Below, piece after piece: positions 34,779-46,954 of a stretch of 64,000 nucleotides of DNA. This DNA is from an uncultured Solibacteraceae bacterium. Lineage in GTDB: Bacteria; Acidobacteriota; Vicinamibacteria; Vicinamibacterales; SCN-69-37. The notes below the pieces were generated by a model. The model saw only the letters and a program-made list of their open reading frames with translations, had not been told where the DNA came from and did not search any database. The position numbers and the translations under genes were made by a program. The stretch's first letter is position 1. Each line of letters starts with the position of its first letter. The stretch covers positions 16,370-80,369 of the forward strand of contig CAYYFE010000006.1 in assembly GCA_964471115.1 (NCBI GenBank). The letters are read 5' to 3'.

Positions 34779-35837
34779 GTGCCCCACCGCTCCGTGTCCG
34801 CGTTCCTTGCGCTTCTGGCCGGCAGCGGCCTGGTCGCCTCCCTCTCCGCGCAGCCGCCCGCCGTGGCCTCTGGCGCGATCACCGATGTCCCCGGCATTCT
34901 CGTGGGGCAACACACCCTCACCGAGCGGCCCACCGGATGCACGGTGATTCTGGCGCCGGCGGGCACCGTGGGCGCCGTCGACCAGCGCGGCGGCGCGCCG
35001 GGAACGGCTGAAACCAACCTGCTCGCGCCCGAGAACATGGTCGAGATGATCAACGGTGTCGCGCTCTCGGGCGGCAGCGCGTTCGGGCTGGACACGCGCC
35101 AGGGCGTGATGCAGTACCTCGCGGAGAAGAAGATCGGCTATCCCACCAGTGGCACGGTCGTCCCCATCGTTCCGGCGGCGATTCTGTTGGACCTGGCGGT
35201 GGGCGGCCGCCCGGACATCTACCCGACCAAAGAGTGCGGCTACCGTGCGGCATCGACGGCCTCGGCGGATGCGCCAGCGCAGGGCTCCGTCGGCGCAGGC
35301 GCCGGTGCCACGGTCGGCAAGTTTGCGGGCAGCGGCCGGGCAATGAAAGGCGGCGTGGGCACGGCGTCCGTTCGCGGCGCCAACGGTCTGGTCGTGGGCG
35401 CCATCGTGGCCGTGAATGCGTCGGGCTCGATCTTCGATCGGCGTACGGGTCGCGTCGTGGCCGGTGTGCGCACGGAGGATGGCGGCGGGCTCGAGAATCC
35501 CTTCGACCTGCTGCGCCGCCTGGCGGCACCTGCGGCCCGTGAGATGGAAAACACCACCATCGGCGTCGTGGCCACCAACGCGCGGCTGACCAAGGCGCAG
35601 GCGTTGCGGGTGGCCATCATGGCGCAGGACGGTCTGGCGCGCGCGATCTTCCCGTCGCACACCCCCGGCGATGGCGACACGCTCTTCGTGATGGCGACGG
35701 GAGGCCTCACCGACGCGCCAAACGTGGGCCGCATTGGCGCGCTGGCGTCCGAGGTTGTCGCCGACGCGATTGTGAACGCGGTGCTGACCGCCACGGGCCT
35801 CCCCACCTTCCCCGCCGTTCGCGACATCGCCCGCTGA
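34779..35837 (+). CDS. DmpA/BapA-like P1 (S58) family aminopeptidase, secreted
   Basis: Signal peptide. ITDVPGILVGQHT, GCTVIL, SGGSAFGL, self-processing region ENTTIGVVATNARLTKAQ, GDGDTLF. Start GTG 34779, in frame with track ORF 34206. Confidence 0.75.
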   Translation: MPHRSVSAFLALLAGSGLVASLSAQPPAVASGAITDVPGILVGQHTLTERPTGCTVILAPAGTVGAVDQRGGAPGTAETNLLAPENMVEMINGVALSGGSAFGLDTRQGVMQYLAEKKIGYPTSGTVVPIVPAAILLDLAVGGRPDIYPTKECGYRAASTASADAPAQGSVGAGAGATVGKFAGSGRAMKGGVGTASVRGANGLVVGAIVAVNASGSIFDRRTGRVVAGVRTEDGGGLENPFDLLRRLAAPAAREMENTTIGVVATNARLTKAQALRVAIMAQDGLARAIFPSHTPGDGDTLFVMATGGLTDAPNVGRIGALASEVVADAIVNAVLTATGLPTFPAVRDIAR

Positions 35838-35847
35838 CAGGCATTGC

Positions 35848-37236
35848 ATGTCCTGGATGCTGATCCTGCTCATCGTCTACTCGGTCGGCCTGATTGGGCT
35901 TGGCGCCTGGGTCGGCCGGACGGTGCGGAACAGCGATCAGTTTTTCGTCGGCGGCCGGGCGCTGGGCCCGGGCCTGCTCTTTGGCACCTTCATGGCGGCC
36001 AACATCGGCGCGGGCTCCACGGTCAATGCCACGGGCCTGGCGTATCACCATGGCTGGGCCGCGTGGTGGTGGAACGGCGCGGCGGGCATCGGCACGCTGG
36101 TGCTGGCGCTGTGGGTCGGGCCACGGATCTGGCGGCTGGCCAGCGACCGCGGCTATCTGACGGTGGGCGACTTCCTCGAAGACCGCTTCTCGAAGGACGT
36201 GCGGTACATCGCGGCGGCGCTCATCTGGATTGGCAGCCTGTCCATTTATGCCGGGCAGATCATCGGCGCATCTGCGGTTCTGCAGCGTGTCGGAGGCGTC
36301 TCGAAGACGGCCGGTGCGATCATCGCGGTGATCATCATGACCGCCTACTTCGCCAGCGGCGGTCTGCTCAGCGCGGCGTGGGTCAACCGCGTGCAGCTGC
36401 TGGTGATTCTCAGCGGATTTGTGCTCGCCGTGCCGTTTGCGCTCGGCCAGGCGCACGGGGCCGGACTGGCCACAGCCGTGCCGGGCTCGACGTTTCTCGA
36501 AGGCACGGCGCCGGGCGTGGGCTGGTCGATGCTCTTTCTGATGGCGCCGGCATTTTTCCTCTCCCCCGGCCTGGTGCAACGCGCGTTTTCAGCCCGCGAC
36601 GTGCGCGCCCTGCGTCAGGGCGTGGGCTGGAGCGCGGTGGCGCTGATGGCATTCGCCACGCTGCCGGTCGCGCTGGGACTGGCCGGCCACGCGTTGTTGC
36701 CCGAGCTCGCCTCGGCGCCGCGCGATCAGGTCCTGCCGGCGGTGCTGGCGACGGCCGTCCCGCCGCTGGTCGGCGGTCTCGCGCTGGCCGCGGTCTTCTC
36801 TGCCGAGGTCAGCTCGGCCGACGCCGTGCTGTACATGCTGTCGACCTCCGGCGCGCGCGACTTCTATCGCGGTCTCATCCGGCCGGATGCGTCGGATGCC
36901 GACCTGCTCCGTGTGGCCCGCGGCATCGCCGTGGTCGCCGGTCTGCTCGGCTTCACCCTGGTCTTCGTGCACCAGACGGTGCTTGACGCTCTGGCGATGT
37001 TTTACTCGGTGCTCAGTGTGACGCTGCTCGCGCCGATTCTCGGTGGCCTCTTCCTGCCACGTGGCGGCCGCGTCGCCGCGCTGGCGGCGATGGCCACGGG
37101 CGTGACCGTGTTATTTGGCGCGCCATGGCTGCCCTGGACGCCGGCGCTGACGCAGGTGCTCGGCGCGCAAGCGCCCGTCTTTCAGGGACTCGTCAGCAGC
37201 GTCGCGGCGTACGTGCTCGTCACGCTGCGTCGCTGA
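35848..37236 (+). CDS. sodium:solute symporter (SSF) family transporter
   Basis: FFVGGRALGP, AANIGAGSTVNATG and about 13 TM helices. Confidence 0.8.
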   Translation: MSWMLILLIVYSVGLIGLGAWVGRTVRNSDQFFVGGRALGPGLLFGTFMAANIGAGSTVNATGLAYHHGWAAWWWNGAAGIGTLVLALWVGPRIWRLASDRGYLTVGDFLEDRFSKDVRYIAAALIWIGSLSIYAGQIIGASAVLQRVGGVSKTAGAIIAVIIMTAYFASGGLLSAAWVNRVQLLVILSGFVLAVPFALGQAHGAGLATAVPGSTFLEGTAPGVGWSMLFLMAPAFFLSPGLVQRAFSARDVRALRQGVGWSAVALMAFATLPVALGLAGHALLPELASAPRDQVLPAVLATAVPPLVGGLALAAVFSAEVSSADAVLYMLSTSGARDFYRGLIRPDASDADLLRVARGIAVVAGLLGFTLVFVHQTVLDALAMFYSVLSVTLLAPILGGLFLPRGGRVAALAAMATGVTVLFGAPWLPWTPALTQVLGAQAPVFQGLVSSVAAYVLVTLRR

Positions 37237-37240
37237 GCAA

Positions 37241-37271
37241 CTCCGCGGCCGCCAGAGCCGGCCGCGCTACG
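37241..37271 (+). repeat. dispersed hairpin-GCTACG element, copy B
   Basis: ctccgcggccgccagagccggccgcgctacg, identical to 29684-29714. Starts 5 nt after the SSF stop. Confidence 0.85.
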
Positions 37272-37276
37272 CATTT

Positions 37277-37308
37277 CACCGCGCCACCTCGCCACCTCGC
37301 CACCTATT
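37277..37308. repeat. 4 tandem copies of the 8-bp unit CACCKCGC
   Basis: caccgcgc cacctcgc cacctcgc cacctatt. The last unit overlaps the TerC stop codon (37304-37306). Confidence 0.85.
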
Positions 37309-38035
37309 CGCCCGTGACAACCTTGGTGGCTTCTTCGTCGATGGCCTTGGGGCCCTGCTTCCGCGCGATGAAGTAGGAGATCGCGAAGATCACCACGATC
37401 AGGCCCAGTGAGAGCGACTTGGGAATCGTGAACCCGACCCAGTGCATCTGGTGCGCGTACTCGATGAACAGCTTGAGCGCGACCCACGCGATGATCACGA
37501 ACGCGCCGTCGACCAGCGCGGGATACCGTTGCACCAGCGTCAGCAACTGACCGATCACCAGCCGCATCGCGACGATGCCGAGGATGCCGCCGGTGATGAT
37601 GACCCACAGTTTCGGCGACATCGCCACGGCCACCAGAATCGAGTCGACGGCAAACACGATGTCGGTCAGTTCGACTTTGATGACGGTGGTCCAGAACACG
37701 GAGAGGCCGAGCCAGGCCTTGGCCGGCTTGATGCTGCCGCGTTCGTGGCCGTCCTCGTGGCGGAAGAAGTGGGCGTACGACAGCCACATCAGATACGCGC
37801 CGCCCACGAGTTTGACCCAGGCAAACTCGATCATCTGCGCCGCGAACAGGATGGCGATGATGCGGAAGAAGAAGGCGCCAAGGATGCCGTAGCGCAGGGC
37901 CTTGCGCTGCTGCTCGCGCGGCAGGCCCAGCACGAGGATGGCCAGCACCAGGGCGTTGTCCGCCGACAGCAGGCCTTCGAGCAGGACCAGCAGGCCAATG
38001 GTGACAAGATCAGCGACTTCGAAATCGATCGGCAC
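37304..38035 (-). CDS. TerC family integral membrane protein (Alx/YkoY-like)
   Basis: LLVLLEGLLSADNALVLAILV...LTDIVFAVDSILVAVAM is the duplicated TerC motif. GTG start. Confidence 0.88.
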   Translation of the reverse strand: MPIDFEVADLVTIGLLVLLEGLLSADNALVLAILVLGLPREQQRKALRYGILGAFFFRIIAILFAAQMIEFAWVKLVGGAYLMWLSYAHFFRHEDGHERGSIKPAKAWLGLSVFWTTVIKVELTDIVFAVDSILVAVAMSPKLWVIITGGILGIVAMRLVIGQLLTLVQRYPALVDGAFVIIAWVALKLFIEYAHQMHWVGFTIPKSLSLGLIVVIFAISYFIARKQGPKAIDEEATKVVTGE

Positions 38036-38053
38036 GCGCGTTTCAGGATAGCG

Positions 38054-38107
38054 GTAAATGACGTCGGGTGGCTTTTTCGGCTGAAAAAGCCACCCGACGT
38101 CATTTAC
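38054..38107. repeat. perfect palindrome with 24-bp arms and a 6-nt loop
   Basis: gtaaatgacgtcgggtggcttttt cggctg aaaaagccacccgacgtcatttac. Lies in the divergent terC/hspR spacer. Confidence 0.95.
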
Positions 38108-38123
38108 AGAACGAGTCAGGTGA

Positions 38124-38152
38124 TTGACACGCTACGTATCAATATCTACACT
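38124..38152 (+). promoter_or_regulatory. sigma70-type promoter of hspR with an overlapping HAIR-like inverted repeat
   Basis: TTGACA, 17 nt, TACACT, 6 nt, then ATG 38159 (leaderless geometry). TTGACA-cgctacg-TATCAA (38124-38142) has the TTGA-N11-TCAA spacing of the HspR operator CTTGAGT-N7-ACTCAAG. Confidence 0.55.
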
Positions 38153-38158
38153 TGATGC

Positions 38159-38509
38159 ATGGCAGAGTTCTTCCTGATCAGCATGGCGGCCGAGGCGCTG
38201 CAGATGCACCCGCAGACCCTGCGGAAATACGAGCGGCTGGGGCTGGTGCGACCGCAGCGCACGGGCGGCGCGATGCGCGTGTACACGGAAGAAGAGATCG
38301 AACGGCTGCGGTTCATCAAGATGCTGGTCGACGACCTGGGCATCAATCTGGCTGGCGTGCAACGGCTGCTGGAAGTGGCGGAGGTCGCGCGGCGGCTGCG
38401 GCCCCTGGCGGCCGAAACCCGGCAGCGATCGCAGTCGGAACATGCCCGCCGGCTGACGGCCGAGGTCGACGAGTTGTGCCGGCGGCTCGGCCTGGACACC
38501 TTTCGCTGA
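38159..38509 (+). CDS. hspR: MerR-family heat-shock repressor HspR
   Basis: ISMAAEALQMHPQTLRKYERLGLVRPQRTGGAMRVYTEEEIERLRFIKMLVDDLGINLAGV. Heads a chaperone operon. Confidence 0.8.
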   Translation: MAEFFLISMAAEALQMHPQTLRKYERLGLVRPQRTGGAMRVYTEEEIERLRFIKMLVDDLGINLAGVQRLLEVAEVARRLRPLAAETRQRSQSEHARRLTAEVDELCRRLGLDTFR

Positions 38510-38518
38510 GGAGGACGC

Positions 38519-39438
38519 GTGGACTTCAAGGACTATTACGCCGTCCTCGGCGTGCCGAAGACCGCCTCCGAGGCGGACATCAAGAAGGCGTATCGGAAAC
38601 TCGCGCGGCAGTTCCACCCGGACCTGAACCCGGGGAACAAGGCCGCTGAGACCCGGTTCAAGGAGATCAACGAGGCCAACGAAGTGCTGGGCGACCCGGC
38701 CACGCGCCGCAAGTACGACGAGTTGGGCGCCAACTGGCGGATGTACGACCAGGCCCCTCCCCCACACGGCGGCGGCGCCCGGTCCCAGACGCGGACCATG
38801 ACGCCCGAGGAGATGGAGGACCTGTTCGGCGACAGCGGGTTCTCGGACTTCTTCACGACGTTTTTCGGCGGCGGCCCGGCGGGCCGTCAGGCGCGCCCGC
38901 CGCGCCCCCCCCGCGGCCGCGACGTGGAACAGCCGCTGACGCTCACACTCGAAGAGGCGTTCACGGGCACGGCGCGCCACCTCGAGATGCAGCGCGACGG
39001 CCGGCCGCATCGCGTGGAGGTGCGCATTCCCGCCGGCGTGCGCGAAGGTTCCCGCGTGAAGGTCCGCGGCGAAGGGGAACCCGGCCGCGGCGGACAGCCG
39101 GGCGGTGACCTCTACCTGGTGGTGCGGCTTATGCAACACCCCCGCTTCGAGCGCCGCGGGCAGGATCTGCACACGCGCATCGCCGTGCCGGTGCCGACCG
39201 CCGTGCTCGGTGGTGATGTCGCGATTTCGACCCTGGGAGGCGCATCCCTCCGGCTGCGTATTCCCGAGCTGACGCCGTCGGGCCGGGTGTTCCGGCTGAA
39301 AGGCCACGGCATGCCGACGCCGCGCGAGCCCGAGACCCGCGGCGACTTGTTCGTTACGGTGGATCTTCAGATTCCAGCGGCCCTGACCCCTGAGATCCGC
39401 GATCACTACAAGGCGCTGGAGAAACTGGCAGGCACCAC

Positions 39439-39442
<4 letters not shown>
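38519..39442 (+). CDS. cbpA: DnaJ-class co-chaperone without zinc finger (CbpA type)
   Basis: J domain [35 protein letters not shown]. No CxxCxGxG repeats. GAGGAGGA SD before GTG 38519. Confidence 0.8.
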
Positions 39443-41982
<2,540 letters not shown>

Positions 41983-42000
41983 GGGCGACGGGGCATGTAG

Positions 42001-42056
42001 GGCGGCCCGCTCTACGGGCCGCCGCAATCGCGGCCGGAAGCCCCGGCCGCGCTACG
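42001..42056 (+). repeat. REP-like double hairpin, including copy C of the hairpin-GCTACG element
   Basis: ggcggccc-gctctac-gggccgcc followed by cgcggccgg-aagc-cccggccgcgctacg. Confidence 0.7.
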
Positions 42057-42069
42057 GATGGCGTCGGCC

Positions 42070-42110
42070 TATTCTGGACTGAATCCAATATTTGAATTAG
42101 TATCATCCGG
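42070..42110 (+). promoter_or_regulatory. AT-rich furA promoter / candidate FurA operator
   Basis: tattctggactgaatccaatatttgaattagtatcatccgg. TATCAT or TTAGTA lies 4-8 nt before ATG 42111. Imperfect palindrome AATCCAATATTTGAATT (12/17 self-complementary). Confidence 0.4.
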
Positions 42111-44725
<2,615 letters not shown>

Positions 44726-44733
44726 CACACGGG

Positions 44734-44760
44734 GCGCCGGGCCTTCGGGCCCGGCGCTTT
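44734..44760 (+). terminator. intrinsic terminator of katG
   Basis: 10-bp perfect stem gcgccgggcc/ggcccggcgc with a C(UUCG)G tetraloop, followed by TTT. Confidence 0.7.
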
Positions 44761-44773
44761 CCCTGAGGCCGGC

Positions 44774-46918
44774 TCAGCGTCCGATCTTGTACTCCTGCGG
44801 CGGTTCGGCGCCCAGCAGGTGTTTGACGAAGTAGTCCCAGCGCCGGCGCATCATGTAGTTGTTGTCCACGCCGAACCCGTGCCGCTGGTGCGGGTACACG
44901 ATCAGGTCGAAGTCCTTGTTCGCCTTGATCAACGCATCCACCACCAGATACGTGTTGTAGATGGGCACGTTGTTGTCCATCGCGCCATGCGCCAGCAGCA
45001 ACTTGCCTCGCAGGTTGGCCGCCACCAGCTGATTGGCCTGTGACTCGTAGCTGTCCGCGCCGGCCTGGCGCGTCAACAGTCCCTGAAAGCGCTCGCCCCA
45101 GTCGTCCTCGTAATTGCGGTTGTCATGGTTGCCGGCCTGCGACACGCCAACCTTGAAGAACTCCGGATGCCGGAACATCCCAGCCGCCGTCGCAAACCCG
45201 CCGCCCGAGTGTCCCCAGATCCCCGCCCGCTCGATGTCGATGTAGGCGTGACGTTTCGCCAGTTCCCGCATGCCCGCGATCTGGTCGGGCAGCGTGTTGT
45301 CGCCCATGTCGCCGTAATACGCGTCGGCAAACGACTTCGACCGCCACTCCGTCCCCATGCCGTCGATGGCCACGACGACAAACCCCAGCTCGGCCAGGGC
45401 CTGATGATCGCTGCGCGCCGCCGAGAAGTTGCGGCTGCCCACGCTGCTGCCCCACGGCCCCGGATAGATGTAGTTGACGATCGGATACTTCCGCGCCGGG
45501 TCCAGCGTCGTCGGGGTGAACATCAGACCATACAGGTCCGTCTGCCCGTCGCGCGCCTTCACCACAATCGGCGTCGGTGGCTTCCAGCCGGTAGCCGTCA
45601 GGCGCGAAATGTCGGCGCGCTCCAGCTCCAGCACCTGTTCGCCGGTGATGCGCCGCAACACGGAGACCGGGGGCATGACGGGCGTCGAGTAGGTGTCGAC
45701 GAAGAAGCGCCCATCCGGCGACAGTGACACGGTGTGATTCGCCGTCTCCGGCGTAAGCAACGTCACCGCGCCATCGTCCATGCCGACGCGATAGAAATGC
45801 TGAAAGTACGGGTCGCGGCCGGGCTCGCGGCCCACGCCGGTCACGTACAACGCGCGGGCCTGCTCGTCGACCTTGATGAGGCTGGCGACGTTCCACGCGC
45901 CGCTTGTGATCTGGCGTTTCAGCGCACCGGTTTCGAGGTCGTACAGATACAGATGGCCCCAGTTGTCGCGCTGTGACCACCACAACGCCTCGCGCGAGGC
46001 CGGCAACACACGCCAGTTGGCCTGCCCAACGGCCGACAAGCCCGACTGAAACTGCGTCTTGACGCGTTCGTCGAACAACGTGCGCACTTCCCCGCTCGTC
46101 GTGTCGGCGACGCGGAACACGGCTTCCTTGTGATCGCGCGAGGACGACACGAACGCGATGCGCGCGCTGTCGGGATACCACTCGACGTCCAGGAGCGTCG
46201 TGCCGTCGGCGATGTGGTCGTTGATCGTCGACCGATGCTGGTCCGCCGGCATCAGCAGCCGCGTGACCTTGGCCGTTTCCACGTCGATGATCACGCGGTG
46301 AATCCGGAAGATCTCCTTGTCCTCCGGCAACGGGTACTTCCAGGCCTCCAGCCTCGGCGCGCCGACGTTGGTCGAGACCAGGTACATCTCACTGACACCC
46401 CGGCCGTCGTGCTGAAACGTCGCGACTTTCTTCGAGTCGGGCGACCACAGCAGCACCGGCGCGTCACTCTTGATCCAGCCGGCGTTGTTGGTGGCGTAGC
46501 CGAAGTCCTTGACGCCGTCGGTCGTCAACTGGCGGTCCTGGCCGGTGCCCAGGTCGCGTACCCACAGATTGAAGTCGCGGATGAACGCCGCGAAGCGGCG
46601 ATCGGGCGACGCCACTGAGTTGGGCGGCAACGCCGGCCCGGCCGTGGGGCCAGCAGGCGCCGGCGGGACGGGCCCCACACTGCGCGTGGCCGACGCCGGA
46701 TCCACGGTGACCAGACGCGGCCCCTCCGCGGTGGTGGTCCGATAGGTCAGTCGCCCTTCGGCGGTCCAGGTGAGACCGGTGGCGACGCCAGTGACCAGCG
46801 GGTTCACCGCCGGCGCCAGAAATCGCTCGGCGCGCGCGTAGTCATCGGCGGTCAGCCTGGCCGGCGGTTGTGCCGCAAGCGGCGTGGCGGCCAGCAGGAG
46901 AAATATGACGAATCTCAT
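44774..46918 (-). CDS. dipeptidyl-peptidase IV family serine peptidase (S9B), secreted
   Basis: Signal peptide MRFVIFLLLAATPLAAQ. DPPIV propeller (WSPDSKKVATF, SPDGRF). Catalytic GIWGHSGGGF ... D ... H (YPHQRHGF). The upper 1.1 kb of the 1078-aa track ORF is antisense to the kinase gene. Confidence 0.85.
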   Translation of the reverse strand: MRFVIFLLLAATPLAAQPPARLTADDYARAERFLAPAVNPLVTGVATGLTWTAEGRLTYRTTTAEGPRLVTVDPASATRSVGPVPPAPAGPTAGPALPPNSVASPDRRFAAFIRDFNLWVRDLGTGQDRQLTTDGVKDFGYATNNAGWIKSDAPVLLWSPDSKKVATFQHDGRGVSEMYLVSTNVGAPRLEAWKYPLPEDKEIFRIHRVIIDVETAKVTRLLMPADQHRSTINDHIADGTTLLDVEWYPDSARIAFVSSSRDHKEAVFRVADTTSGEVRTLFDERVKTQFQSGLSAVGQANWRVLPASREALWWSQRDNWGHLYLYDLETGALKRQITSGAWNVASLIKVDEQARALYVTGVGREPGRDPYFQHFYRVGMDDGAVTLLTPETANHTVSLSPDGRFFVDTYSTPVMPPVSVLRRITGEQVLELERADISRLTATGWKPPTPIVVKARDGQTDLYGLMFTPTTLDPARKYPIVNYIYPGPWGSSVGSRNFSAARSDHQALAELGFVVVAIDGMGTEWRSKSFADAYYGDMGDNTLPDQIAGMRELAKRHAYIDIERAGIWGHSGGGFATAAGMFRHPEFFKVGVSQAGNHDNRNYEDDWGERFQGLLTRQAGADSYESQANQLVAANLRGKLLLAHGAMDNNVPIYNTYLVVDALIKANKDFDLIVYPHQRHGFGVDNNYMMRRRWDYFVKHLLGAEPPQEYKIGR

Positions 46919-46925
46919 GGCGATT

Positions 46926-46948
46926 ACCCTATCGCATGACCGTAGAAT
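46926..46948. promoter_or_regulatory. back-to-back -10 boxes for two divergent, apparently leaderless genes
   Basis: Plus strand: TAGAAT (46943-46948), 6 nt, then ATG 46955. Minus strand: TAGGGT (46931-46926), 7 nt, then ATG 46918. Confidence 0.5.
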
Positions 46949-46954
46949 GGCGCC

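Noticed and set aside
34752-35873. Upper 1.1 kb of the 744-aa minus-strand ORF (33639-35873).
   Set aside because: Only the C-terminal 371 aa (from GTG 34751) look like a real HGSNAT-like membrane protein. The remainder is antisense to the well-supported DmpA-like gene.
38036-38158. yybP-ykoY manganese riboswitch upstream of TerC.
   Set aside because: I could not find the conserved four-helix layout or its conserved loops by eye. The region is dominated by a single perfect hairpin. This needs cmscan for a definitive answer.
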